Shown in pieces: positions 35,892 through 45,553 of a DNA stretch of 64,000 bases. The notes beneath the pieces are model-generated. The model had not been told where the DNA came from, did not search any database, and worked only from the letters and a program-made list of their open reading frames with translations. Source of the DNA: a virus; the IMG/VR virus record IMGVR_UViG_3300022939_000016, positions 1 through 64,000 of that record; one strand, 5' to 3'. The position numbers were made by a program, and so were the translations under genes. Every line of letters begins with the position of its first letter. Positions within the stretch are counted from its first letter, which is position 1.

Positions 35892-38800
35892 ATGGGACTT
35901 AGTTCTGGGAACGCCTACTCTTCTTCAACCGAATTTCATTCTTTTGTTACTAATGACCCCAAGATGGTAGCCGTAGGTCTCGGGTCATTTACAAGAGATA
36001 GCTTAAATAAGGCTCTAGTAGAACTCAAAAGTTTTGAAGACGAAATAGGAGACGAAGATTTTTTTAATGATATTAAATCGGCCAACGGCAGCAACGGTCT
36101 TCAAATTCTATTCAACACGATTAATTCGGGATCTTGGGAAGGGGGAGGGGGTTCAAAATCATCTAATGATATTATTGGATTAATTTCTACCTTTGAATCA
36201 ACTATTGAAGGTTTAATTGTAGAAAATAGTAACGATAAATCAGCTTCTGTTAGTAAAGTTAAGGGCGCAAAAAAGTGGCTAGAAGCGAATATAAGCCCAG
36301 TTAAAGAAACGTCTAGTAGGTGTTATACTTTAATGGGTGGACTTTTTAGCAAAAATGATCCATCTGTTTATACCAACTTGTATTTTCACATACCCGGAGA
36401 AGGGGTTGATAGGCAAGAAAGAGTAACTGCACAAAAAGGTTCTCAAATTATTTCAGACGTTGCGGTTTCTGCCACCGGACTCAAGTATTCTAAATCAAAA
36501 ACAGAAGCAGCAAGATCTTCGCTACATGCTGGAGTTTACGTCAGGCCAGACGACATGTCTGGAAATTCTATTAATGATTTAGCCACTGGTAAAATCAGGC
36601 TTTCTTACAACGACTCTCTAGGATCTTGGGAATCGACCCAAACCATTTTAGCCAGACTTATAACCCCCGTTGCTGCTGCTGGCAACACCGCTTTCCAAAT
36701 GCCAGACGAAGACAGCGACGGCTTTTTGCAAAATGACGCAGACGGAGACTTATTTTACTCTAGAGGGTCTGAATACTATACAGGCAATTTTTCTTCAGGA
36801 TTGGCTGTTCCAGTTTCGGCGCAGGATGGAAATCCAAATTTATTCGGTCCTAATATTATTATTGAATATAATGCGAAGAGAATAGAAAAAATTAGAGTTA
36901 TTAATAGGTCGGAAAAATCATTTACTGCTGGAACTCTTGTTATGTGTACCCTAATAGGTTCAGAATGGATCATTCAAGAGTTCAGTATTGCTGGTGAAGG
37001 CCTTCCCACAAAAATGGGCGCTTGGACATTTTCAAAATTAATTGCTAATTCAGATGCTTTTTTTAGAGACGCTGGCATGTCTAATGAAATGTGGAGTGCT
37101 GGGAAATATGAGTATAAGGCTAGACAGAATTGGTATTTCTCATGGAAGAACAGTATTGCCGGGGGTAGCTCTTCCATGCTTCCGTTTCATGATGCTACGG
37201 AAATAATGTCCTTAAACGATGGATCTAATGTCGCCTTCAATCCTAGTCTTGGGTATTTTGCAGCATCTTCTTTTGATAGCGCTAAATATATTCAGTATAC
37301 AAATGTTACTACCGCTATGGCCGCATTTACCACTGACGCTCTTATGGGATCGCATTTAAAAAATTGGTGGGGGCCAAGTTTTCCAGATGGCTATCAGGCT
37401 TCATTGGCCACTGGAGTTAATGATTCTGGACCGGCTGGTATCAATAGTAGCCTTTATTTTCCCGGATATAGTTTCAATGGACCCAGAGAAGATACTCCAG
37501 CAGATATGGCTGTCAATGGCTATTATAGTGATGATAATAGTAGTTCTCCAATATTACCCTTGGATTATTGGCAATCTCTTTTAAATGGCAATACTCTGTA
37601 TTCAGCTGCTTCACAATATAGGAGTGAAATATATAATTCTCAAACCGTTATGCAAAGCAGAGGCCTCACACCCGCAAATCCAAATCATATACAATTTTCT
37701 CCCCTTCAAGCAGAAATGGTTATACAATCTGACCCTTTAGTTTCAAGCTTGCCTGATGGGGCAGAAAGAAAAGATATACAAGAACGAATGAATGGAGCAG
37801 AAGGCGCAAATGGTGATTCTCATATGTTTGGCAATATGTTTAGTCGTTTTAGCAGCTTGAACGTGGGGTCTTACCTACCTTACGACCACCACATTAAATC
37901 GACTCCTCTTAGCAAACCCCTTGGGACATTATTATTATACAATGACGACGACATAGAAAAAGAAGGATTAAATTTAGTGGGGATTACAGCTGCTATTAAT
38001 AGATTTACTAGGCCCGGAGGCGGCACTGTCAACATGGAGGTTTACGAAGACTTTGGACCGCCCATGTTTCAGAGCGCTCTTCCGGGGCAAGCTCCTCAAT
38101 TTAGCACTGTGGCTGCCTTTTTTGGCGTTGTAGCATTTACCCCCGGGACTGCTCCTCGCAGCATTGGGTGGAACCAATATGGAAGCCCTATTGGTGGTCA
38201 TAACTATTTTGGAACAACCGCCTTACACTGTAGGGTTTTTGACGCTTGGCCCAGAGAAGACACCATATGGGATACAAGATACTTTGCAGCTCTACATTTT
38301 AATTCTAGTGGCCCAGAAGTAGACTTTCCTGTTCCCACCCTTAGTGATGGGTCTTTCCCATCCGTAGGCTCCTCGGTGACGCACGAAAGTGGATTTAAAG
38401 CAACATCTGACTGGACCAAAGATCCCATAAGAAGAGGAATGTTATTAACATCTGGTGGTTTTGCGTACAAAAAATTAACCATTGGATTGTCGCCCTCTAG
38501 CATGAAAGTCATAAAGGGTCCAATTTCTGCGGGTAATTTTTTAGATAAACGGGGAAATATCGAAATGACCTTTGATTCTTCTGGAGGCGTTAGCTTTGGG
38601 TCTGACGAATTCGGTAATACTCTATCGGGAGAAGACCTAAATCCCGGATCTTTTGGGGATAGGTACTACGACGACTCTGACCCAAACAATATCATAGACG
38701 AGACTGGCTATATCGTAAAGCTAGATGGGGGAGGCGTTGTTTCCTTCCAAGGACAAGTAAGGTATATTACTAAGCTAGATACAGGGCCAAAAGAGCATGG

Positions 38801-39011
38801 TGGAATTAAGCGCCTTACAAGCGGAACTGGAGACGAGGCCGGAAGAATTACAGGAAATAAAAGTACTGAATTTGGTTTAGATCCCAATGATTCTGGACAA
38901 TATGATGCCTATTTCTTCTTTCATAATGATATTAGCCACACTTTTCAGTTTCAATATGGAAGAACTCAATACCCCGGATATGCTCAGTATGTTACGTTAA
39001 ATATTAGTTAA
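35892..39011 (+). CDS. Large virion structural protein (tail tip/spike candidate)
   Basis: 1039 aa, G/S-rich, tightly coupled within the tail operon; no family recognised. Confidence 0.55.
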   Translation: MGLSSGNAYSSSTEFHSFVTNDPKMVAVGLGSFTRDSLNKALVELKSFEDEIGDEDFFNDIKSANGSNGLQILFNTINSGSWEGGGGSKSSNDIIGLISTFESTIEGLIVENSNDKSASVSKVKGAKKWLEANISPVKETSSRCYTLMGGLFSKNDPSVYTNLYFHIPGEGVDRQERVTAQKGSQIISDVAVSATGLKYSKSKTEAARSSLHAGVYVRPDDMSGNSINDLATGKIRLSYNDSLGSWESTQTILARLITPVAAAGNTAFQMPDEDSDGFLQNDADGDLFYSRGSEYYTGNFSSGLAVPVSAQDGNPNLFGPNIIIEYNAKRIEKIRVINRSEKSFTAGTLVMCTLIGSEWIIQEFSIAGEGLPTKMGAWTFSKLIANSDAFFRDAGMSNEMWSAGKYEYKARQNWYFSWKNSIAGGSSSMLPFHDATEIMSLNDGSNVAFNPSLGYFAASSFDSAKYIQYTNVTTAMAAFTTDALMGSHLKNWWGPSFPDGYQASLATGVNDSGPAGINSSLYFPGYSFNGPREDTPADMAVNGYYSDDNSSSPILPLDYWQSLLNGNTLYSAASQYRSEIYNSQTVMQSRGLTPANPNHIQFSPLQAEMVIQSDPLVSSLPDGAERKDIQERMNGAEGANGDSHMFGNMFSRFSSLNVGSYLPYDHHIKSTPLSKPLGTLLLYNDDDIEKEGLNLVGITAAINRFTRPGGGTVNMEVYEDFGPPMFQSALPGQAPQFSTVAAFFGVVAFTPGTAPRSIGWNQYGSPIGGHNYFGTTALHCRVFDAWPREDTIWDTRYFAALHFNSSGPEVDFPVPTLSDGSFPSVGSSVTHESGFKATSDWTKDPIRRGMLLTSGGFAYKKLTIGLSPSSMKVIKGPISAGNFLDKRGNIEMTFDSSGGVSFGSDEFGNTLSGEDLNPGSFGDRYYDDSDPNNIIDETGYIVKLDGGGVVSFQGQVRYITKLDTGPKEHGGIKRLTSGTGDEAGRITGNKSTEFGLDPNDSGQYDAYFFFHNDISHTFQFQYGRTQYPGYAQYVTLNIS

Positions 39012-39024
39012 AAACACAAAAAAA

Positions 39025-39040
39025 GTGTATCTATAATTAG
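39025..39040 (+). promoter_or_regulatory. Putative phage late promoter GTGTAT-N7-TAG
   Basis: GTGTATCTATAATTAG in the intergenic gap, followed by an AAGGAG RBS and ATG 39063. Confidence 0.6.
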
Positions 39041-39062
39041 TTATAAATCTAAGGAGTTTTAT

Positions 39063-39806
39063 ATGCCTGCTTCACTTCAATTTTATGCCAATATTGGCGA
39101 CCCAGACTCAACCGAGACGGTGATTGATCACCAAAACGGAGAAGGTTTAGGCTTTTATGGCTTAGGCTTTGGCTTGTCTGTTCCTGTTGGATCTGTTCAA
39201 AATACCACTTTTGTTACTAATGCCGCTGGCACTATTGCGGGAGTTCAATGCAATAACACATCTATGATTTCGGTGGGAGATGCAAACACCGCCGGGGTTG
39301 TTGAAGCTAATGGCGTTAGTATGCCCTTACCAAATCTACCCAATTATTTATGCCCCCTTAATATTAGATTTACAAATGACGATCCGGTTAGGGTTCAAAA
39401 TTGTAAACTACGTATTTTTGATAGAGATAACCCCGAAAATGCCGCGAGTGGAGTAACCACATATGTTTATGAATCTCGACACCCAGCGGCTGAAACTAGC
39501 TATTCTAACCTTCATTTTCGCGCACGTAACAGAGATACTTGGGTTGAGTTTGGTCAAGGCATCAGCAGCATTGACGACCAAACTTTCAATGGTGCTTTAG
39601 AAATGACTTTTACACCTTCTCCCGGAATGCATGGGGAAAACTCTGATTCCTTGGAGACTGATAGTGGCCTTGGATATCAAACTACAGAAGGCGTGGAACA
39701 CCTTTCTACCCAGCATGACTGGTATGTTGCCATAAGTGCTGAACCAACCAGTATTGGCAGTAAAACCCAGTATGGATTATTTTTTACTCTAGAGTATTTA
39801 GCTTAA
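39063..39806 (+). CDS. Putative virion structural protein
   Basis: 247 aa, beta-rich, ends in YGLFFTLEYLA; has its own promoter motif. Confidence 0.55.
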   Translation: MPASLQFYANIGDPDSTETVIDHQNGEGLGFYGLGFGLSVPVGSVQNTTFVTNAAGTIAGVQCNNTSMISVGDANTAGVVEANGVSMPLPNLPNYLCPLNIRFTNDDPVRVQNCKLRIFDRDNPENAASGVTTYVYESRHPAAETSYSNLHFRARNRDTWVEFGQGISSIDDQTFNGALEMTFTPSPGMHGENSDSLETDSGLGYQTTEGVEHLSTQHDWYVAISAEPTSIGSKTQYGLFFTLEYLA

Positions 39807-39831
39807 CAATCTACAAACAAGGAGATCCTTT

Positions 39832-40152
39832 ATGTCAGCCTCAAATTTAAGTGATATTACAGATGTTTTTGTTGGCGCATCTGACGACGGAGCCAACGTC
39901 ACCATTCCAATTTCAAGTTTAGAAAGTTACTCGACCGGCAATGATGGCAAAGAGCTTTGCATGAGCCTTCTTTTGGCCGTTAACAAAGCTATAGCTGGCT
40001 CAGATCTGACAAAAATGACTACATCTACAGGTCAAGTTGCGACAGACGCTGACACTTTAACTAAAACTTTTAACTTTTCGGCCCAGCTTGCTTATAGTTT
40101 TGGCAATTTGGATATCGAAGCAGAACCAACCACTACCACGCCCGCTCCGTAA
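39832..40152 (+). CDS. Small putative virion protein with Thr/Pro tail
   Basis: AAGGAG RBS; 106 aa ending EAEPTTTTPAP. Confidence 0.6.
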   Translation: MSASNLSDITDVFVGASDDGANVTIPISSLESYSTGNDGKELCMSLLLAVNKAIAGSDLTKMTTSTGQVATDADTLTKTFNFSAQLAYSFGNLDIEAEPTTTTPAP

Positions 40153-40177
40153 CGGTAGATTCTGTGATTTAATCAAT

Positions 40178-40223
40178 AAAAAAAGGCTACCCCAACCAAT
40201 TGGAAGGGGCAGCCTTCTTTTTT
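40178..40223. terminator. Bidirectional rho-independent terminator
   Basis: A-tract, stem AAGGCTACCCC..CCAATTGG..GGGGCAGCCTT, then a T-tract, located between the convergent arms. Confidence 0.85.
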
Positions 40224-40236
40224 AGCCTGTGATCTT

Positions 40237-40569
40237 TTATTCCATTTGCTTTGACTTTGCGTTCCACTTCATCCATCCACCATCTGGAAGCCAAGTGTCA
40301 CCATCTTTACGTCGTGGAAACAATCCACCGCCCTTTTTATGCGCCCCAAAGCCAAGCTTTGCTCCACAAGAACTGCACTTCAATTCATAATACTGATTGT
40401 CGTCAACCGTTCTTACAACGTACTGAATATCTTCTCCTTTGCACTTTCCGCAGACATCATTTTCAAAGACTTCTTGGAACTTATTTAGTTCCGCGAACAG
40501 TTCTCGCTGTGATTCTGCTTCAATTTCTACTTGTAGCCTATTGTTTTTAGTTGTATAAGATAGTCTCAT
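40237..40569 (-). CDS. Zinc-ribbon protein
   Basis: CGKC...CSSC; 110 aa; abuts the upstream gene. Confidence 0.65.
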   Translation of the reverse strand: MRLSYTTKNNRLQVEIEAESQRELFAELNKFQEVFENDVCGKCKGEDIQYVVRTVDDNQYYELKCSSCGAKLGFGAHKKGGGLFPRRKDGDTWLPDGGWMKWNAKSKQME

Positions 40570-41331
40570 TTATGATCTCCACTCTTCGTTATAGCCAACA
40601 ATACTTTCCGGTATTGAACCCTTGTCACGTTGATATTCATTAAGACGATCAATGATATCGCTAGCGACCTTTTTAGAAACCTTGCGGTTTTGATCTACAT
40701 TAAATACTTCCTTTAACAAACGTCCTCCGTCCACGTTTAGTTGCTTGCACTTAATATCTATGAAGTTAGACTGTGCATCGCTCATTCTGCCCTGATCGTC
40801 GTAGTCTCCACTAGTGCTATTTGTCTGCTTGGAAATATCACGAACAATTTTGGCAGTATCTTTCTTGGTTAATTCTTCTGCTGCTACACCCTTTATTTTG
40901 AGGGCTTTACGTAAAGCTCTAGCCTCCGCTCTGGTGCTAGCAATGGCAACGGCGTAGGCACAGAACATATCATCAGTGTTGCCCTCCCAAGCGTCAGCAA
41001 CCTCAGAATATTCAGAACCATTGGCAAATCTCACAGTAAATACCACAGTTGCCCTACCGTGATGGTCATCTCTAGTCACTGGAAATACTTGGGTTGGGCC
41101 ACTATACATAATTTGCCCCAAAACAAGCTCAGAGACCCTTCTAAGGCCTGTTACTAAGGGATGACCATTCATAAGCTCATCTTCCTCAAATAGGCTCATA
41201 GCGTAATCGTGCCACTCTGAGGATAGCATATCTGGAGCATCATTTAAAACAACATTTTTTACTGACGTATCGGTGTTTGACGGTGTACTCAATTCTTCAA
41301 CTCCTTCAAATAAGTCTTGTTCAACAAACAT
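40570..41331 (-). CDS. Putative single-strand annealing protein (Rad52/Sak-like fold)
   Basis: ATVVFTV...SEVADA...AIASTRAEARALRKAL core, plus a C-terminal SDAQ.NFI...VSKKVASDIIDRL module seen on phage annealing proteins; RBS AGGAGG. Confidence 0.55.
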   Translation of the reverse strand: MFVEQDLFEGVEELSTPSNTDTSVKNVVLNDAPDMLSSEWHDYAMSLFEEDELMNGHPLVTGLRRVSELVLGQIMYSGPTQVFPVTRDDHHGRATVVFTVRFANGSEYSEVADAWEGNTDDMFCAYAVAIASTRAEARALRKALKIKGVAAEELTKKDTAKIVRDISKQTNSTSGDYDDQGRMSDAQSNFIDIKCKQLNVDGGRLLKEVFNVDQNRKVSKKVASDIIDRLNEYQRDKGSIPESIVGYNEEWRS

Positions 41332-41343
41332 TTAAACCTCCTT

Positions 41344-42111
41344 TTATGCTTCAATTTCAATATATCTCTTACTTTTGGGTGGAAATTTAATCTCAATATT
41401 CTCTAAAATTCCAGCAACTTTGTTCTTCAGATCTTCTTTTTCGGTCAGCGATAAAGAGTCTGACATATGCTTGACTCTAATGATAACAAAGCCTTTGCTC
41501 AAAATCAAGCCCGTTTTATTGCTGTCTGCCTTAATTTGCTTTTGCAGCTTTTCTTCTCCCCATATTGGAACAAAGTGAGAAGGCCCATCTATCTCTATGA
41601 TAGCCTTAATCTTTGGGAAAAACATGTCGATCTCAAGATTTTGATTAGGTATAAGATTCTTTTTGTGAATTTCTACAGTATGCCCCAGCTTTGTAAATTC
41701 GTTTTTCAAAAATTTTTCCAGCTTAGAGCCTTCCTTTCCGGCGTTCTGTATAGCTTTAATGGCCAGTCTTCTCATGTTTTCTTTTTCTTCCTGTGGCATA
41801 TTCTTCCATCTATTTTTAGCTTTCTGCACATGGGAATCATATTTATCCTTTGCCATTTTTTTCCATTGATTTTTTTGCGACTTGCTTATTTTTAATCTTT
41901 CTTCTTTGCTTCTCTTTCTTCCTTCCGTGGGTATTTTTGCTTTACCTGTTTCCAGTGCATTTCTTTGCGCCTCGCTTTTACTTTTAAGATTCACTTTATT
42001 CTTGATCAGTATCCTTCTTATTTTATTTGGATAGGTATTCATAATGTCCGCTATTTCATATGTGCTTTTGTTTTCTTTTTCATATAATTTTACTACTTGG
42101 ATTTCGTTCAT
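41344..42111 (-). CDS. HTH + NUMOD3-like + DUF559/Vsr-like endonuclease (homing-endonuclease-like)
   Basis: STYEIA...IRRIL HTH; GRKRSKEERLKIS; GSKLE...EIDMFFP...IEIDGPSH...D..K...GF.IIR. Confidence 0.75.
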   Translation of the reverse strand: MNEIQVVKLYEKENKSTYEIADIMNTYPNKIRRILIKNKVNLKSKSEAQRNALETGKAKIPTEGRKRSKEERLKISKSQKNQWKKMAKDKYDSHVQKAKNRWKNMPQEEKENMRRLAIKAIQNAGKEGSKLEKFLKNEFTKLGHTVEIHKKNLIPNQNLEIDMFFPKIKAIIEIDGPSHFVPIWGEEKLQKQIKADSNKTGLILSKGFVIIRVKHMSDSLSLTEKEDLKNKVAGILENIEIKFPPKSKRYIEIEA

Positions 42112-42545
42112 GTCAAACCTCTTACTAAATTTTCCACACCATCAAAAACTTTGATTTTCACATTATTCCCAATGATTCTTTTTATCCTTTCTTCTATTTC
42201 CCCACTTTGTGCTAATATTGTAAAGTCGTCATTGATGCTCATGAGAAAAACTGGATCTATGTGATTTTCTGTTGTTGGCACATAATACGATTTTATTTCA
42301 GATGTTTTATTTGCAATTCTTTTAATCATCTTGAGTGATGTATTTAAAACAATTCCACAAAACCCCCACAACTGCTCTATGTTTAAAACGGATGTCTTAA
42401 AATCAAAAGACACGGGGCCGGATGTGTCATAGAATACAACGGGGTTCTTATCTGTTTTTTCTTGAAGATAATCGCACACTTGTTTCGCTAGCAATCTTTG
42501 TGATTCAGATTGCATGTCTACACATATTCCAATATTTTTATTCAT
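42108..42545 (-). CDS. Hypothetical protein, possibly a degenerate GT-B Rossmann half
   Basis: GGAG RBS before ATG 42545; alternating beta/alpha pattern; last gene of the glycosyltransferase run. Confidence 0.45.
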   Translation of the reverse strand: MNKNIGICVDMQSESQRLLAKQVCDYLQEKTDKNPVVFYDTSGPVSFDFKTSVLNIEQLWGFCGIVLNTSLKMIKRIANKTSEIKSYYVPTTENHIDPVFLMSINDDFTILAQSGEIEERIKRIIGNNVKIKVFDGVENLVRGLT

Positions 42546-42546
42546 A

Positions 42547-43419
42547 TTATTTCTCCATGCCTTCCAGAAAAACATGCGTTTCTTTTATTTGTGAAAAAAT
42601 TTGTTTCAGTCTATTTCTTGGCTTATGCCTGTCTCCTATTTTCAAGCGTACTTTGTCTTCATTATATATCTTTGCTTGATTAAAATCAAACATTGTTTCA
42701 TCGTCTAGCATCTTTGATAGCGATGACTGCAAAGCAATAGCCTCTTCTTTATTGTCATTATCAAAATACACCTTGGAGTTTGATAGCATTATTGCGTTAA
42801 AAAAACTTTCTGGAATCAAATTGGGTTTAATGTTCCTAAAAATAATTTCATGATAATTGTGTAAAATACCAGCCATAGAGAATGGGTTCAAGTTTGAATC
42901 TGCCCCAACGTCTTCTGGAGCATTGGAAAGGAAGTGATAAGAGCCTGAATATTCTTTCTTGTCTTCTTTTTTGTTAATTATTATAGCTTTGTCTATTTTA
43001 AAATCTATATCAGACTTTTCAATCTTATCATTAGCGCACTGCAAAACATGCTCATAGGGTATTCCGAAATCTTCCTTCTTATGATTTATGTTTGAACTGA
43101 ATGCCAGCGGGCAATTTATTTCTTTTTGATTTAGTATTTCTTTAATTAGTGGAATATGTTTGTCTTCAACTAAGTCTATGTTTATAATGTGCTTAACTTT
43201 TTTGGCAGAATTTTGATTGTAGTGTATCACGTTTCTCATGTCAGTTCCGATATTCATAATTACAATATCAGGCAATGTTCTGTCATAAACATAATACAAG
43301 TTTTCAGTTCCACCATTTACCATTATACATTGACAATCCGGTATCTTATTAATTTCTTCGTGTAGATACATTGGCTGAGAAGAGTCTTTTGTGCTATAAT
43401 TAAATATTACAAAGTTCAC
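42547..43419 (-). CDS. Hypothetical protein, possibly degenerate glycosyltransferase-like
   Basis: GTG start; YDRTLPDIVI...FFNAIM...V...H.PRNRLKQIF echoes a GT-B C-terminal pattern without clear catalytic residues. Confidence 0.45.
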   Translation of the reverse strand: MNFVIFNYSTKDSSQPMYLHEEINKIPDCQCIMVNGGTENLYYVYDRTLPDIVIMNIGTDMRNVIHYNQNSAKKVKHIINIDLVEDKHIPLIKEILNQKEINCPLAFSSNINHKKEDFGIPYEHVLQCANDKIEKSDIDFKIDKAIIINKKEDKKEYSGSYHFLSNAPEDVGADSNLNPFSMAGILHNYHEIIFRNIKPNLIPESFFNAIMLSNSKVYFDNDNKEEAIALQSSLSKMLDDETMFDFNQAKIYNEDKVRLKIGDRHKPRNRLKQIFSQIKETHVFLEGMEK

Positions 43420-43432
43420 TTTTATATACCCC

Positions 43433-44149
43433 CTAGTGCTTGGCATTGCTTAATTTAGTTATTGATTCGCCGCCTTGGTAAGGTAATATTTTTATCCCCT
43501 TTTTAATCATGTGGTTTATTACCTCGTAGAATATCTTGTTGTTGAAATTACCAGAATTGATGATCTTGTTGAATTCATCATTAATGCTTGATTCTTCCAT
43601 GTTCAAAACTTCACACCATCCGTCCCCCAAGCTTCCAAACGACATGTGTTCTATAGTTTTCGTTTCTTTATTTAAATTTACTTTAATGTCTAAGGTTCCG
43701 TCGCTAGATGTAACTATATGTTTTTTTTCTCTCAGCAGACCCTCAAGATCTTTCGGTCTTACTATATAATTACCATTTATTATCAGCGTTCGTTTATTTT
43801 TCGTATTATTTATAGCTAATCTAATTGATTCACATATTCCAGAATTTTCGTAATTAATGTTTTCTACACACCTGATGTCAACATTCTTGTATTTACTGTA
43901 TACATACTTCCTAATTCTTTTAGAGTCATATCCTGATGCAATAATTATTTCAAAGTCTTCTATTGCTTGCTGTATAGAATGTATTTGATAATCTATAACT
44001 TTCTGGCTGCTGTTTCCGATTGGGATAAAAGCTGCGTTTCCATAAGATTTCATCTTTGGTATAAAAGAATGATAAACCAGTATTACGGTTATCTTTCTTT
44101 TTTTTCTGTTTTTCTTTTTACTTTTTGATGTAATGTACTGTATGCTCAT
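43433..44149 (-). CDS. Nucleotidyltransferase-fold protein (LicC/NTP_transferase-like), degenerate motif
   Basis: KMKSYG...IDYQI..I...EIIIASGY...VEN.NYE.SGICESIRLAINN...LIING; lacks the LAAG.G.R...PK signature. Confidence 0.7.
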   Translation of the reverse strand: MSIQYITSKSKKKNRKKRKITVILVYHSFIPKMKSYGNAAFIPIGNSSQKVIDYQIHSIQQAIEDFEIIIASGYDSKRIRKYVYSKYKNVDIRCVENINYENSGICESIRLAINNTKNKRTLIINGNYIVRPKDLEGLLREKKHIVTSSDGTLDIKVNLNKETKTIEHMSFGSLGDGWCEVLNMEESSINDEFNKIINSGNFNNKIFYEVINHMIKKGIKILPYQGGESITKLSNAKH

Positions 44150-44565
44150 TTTTTTGTAAACTTAATATTGTATTTACTTTCAGAAGGTGAAAACTCTAAC
44201 GTACTACAAACCAAAGACATTTCTGCCATAATTTGTTTAACTAAAATAGCCGGATGAATATTGCTCTTGTCTTTTATGGCCTTGTTAAAATAGTCTTTAT
44301 CTCTATTTCTTATTGTGTTTTTACAAAGTAGGTCAATGTCGGTATCTTGTATGAAGCACTCTCCACCCATCCTGAGCTTTTTAGCACAAAAGCTCAAGCA
44401 CTTAATGAAATCATCATTGTCTACATAAGAAAGAGCGTCTTCAACGATTATCTGCATAATCGAATCATTAGGAAGTAGGTCTTCAGATATTTCCGCTATC
44501 TCTACGGTTTTTATGTTTTCTATTATACTACTACTATTTTTTTTGCTGTATATCTGCAATTTCAT
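44146..44565 (-). CDS. Methyltransferase-fold protein (truncated class I SAM-type)
   Basis: LPNDSIMQII...ALSYV...CAKKLRMGGECFI matches the C-terminal half of class I MTases; no Gly-rich motif I. Confidence 0.5.
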   Translation of the reverse strand: MKLQIYSKKNSSSIIENIKTVEIAEISEDLLPNDSIMQIIVEDALSYVDNDDFIKCLSFCAKKLRMGGECFIQDTDIDLLCKNTIRNRDKDYFNKAIKDKSNIHPAILVKQIMAEMSLVCSTLEFSPSESKYNIKFTKK

Positions 44566-44566
44566 T

Positions 44567-45553
44567 TTATAAACTCCGTGTTGCCTCAAAGGTTTGGTTC
44601 CAATGTTCTAAAAAGACATCTTCTCTAAAATCAGCTAATATTTTTTTTCTGGCGTTGTCGCCCATTTTTCTCGCCAGTTCTGGATCGTCTAAAAGTTGCT
44701 GAGTATATTTTTTTAACTCTTTTTCATCATTTGATATAAAACCCTCTACCCCATGAGTAATAACTTCCGGTATCATACATGTTGCTTTTGACACAACGGC
44801 GCACCCACAAGACATTGCTTCTAACACTGATTTTGGTATGGGACTAAACGTTGATGAGTTTAAAAATACGGAATGAGAATTATAAATATCAACTAGCTTC
44901 TCGACAGATTCAGTTGGCTCTGACAGACCGGGATTATCTCCAACCAAGGTAAAATCTAAGCCTTCTACTATATCCTTCCACCCCGTAAAATTCAAGCAAT
45001 AGTCTCTATTGATAAAATCGTTAGCGACCGTTAATACTTTATTTTCTCTACTTTGTTTTTGATTGTGAAAAACTTTGGTATCGATAGAATGTTTAATTAC
45101 TGTTGAGTTATATACAATTCCCCATTCAGATCTGGAATATTCGGAAATAAAAACATTAACATCCCCAACCATTTCTCTCATGGCGTTTATTTGTCCACTT
45201 GCCACAAGGTTGGGTGTTGGCGTTGTATGTTCTAGGGAAATAAGGGGTATTTTTAAAATATTTCTTAGCCTATGAGCAATATTAAATTGATCAAATCTAC
45301 TTTGGGCCAATATTAAATCAAAGCTCAAGTACGATAACAGCTTGTCCTCTGGCATTATTAGGTAGTTTTCTGGTATGCTTGCATATTCTTTTTTCCACTT
45401 CTTTCCCCCTCTTGCGTTTACTGCATAAAAATTATGTCCCGTTTTGCAAAGTTGGGTTTCATACCTTTCGTGCGTGGGGAAGGTGAGTATATTTAGCTTT
45501 CTACTTTTATTTTTATTGTTGGCTTTTTCTATGATTTCCTTGACTTTATTCAT
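44567..45553 (-). CDS. Glycosyltransferase, GT4/GT-B family
   Basis: YNSHSVFLNSS...SVLEAMSCGCAVVS...IPEVI.HGVEG...MGDNARK. Confidence 0.9.
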   Translation of the reverse strand: MNKVKEIIEKANNKNKSRKLNILTFPTHERYETQLCKTGHNFYAVNARGGKKWKKEYASIPENYLIMPEDKLLSYLSFDLILAQSRFDQFNIAHRLRNILKIPLISLEHTTPTPNLVASGQINAMREMVGDVNVFISEYSRSEWGIVYNSTVIKHSIDTKVFHNQKQSRENKVLTVANDFINRDYCLNFTGWKDIVEGLDFTLVGDNPGLSEPTESVEKLVDIYNSHSVFLNSSTFSPIPKSVLEAMSCGCAVVSKATCMIPEVITHGVEGFISNDEKELKKYTQQLLDDPELARKMGDNARKKILADFREDVFLEHWNQTFEATRSL

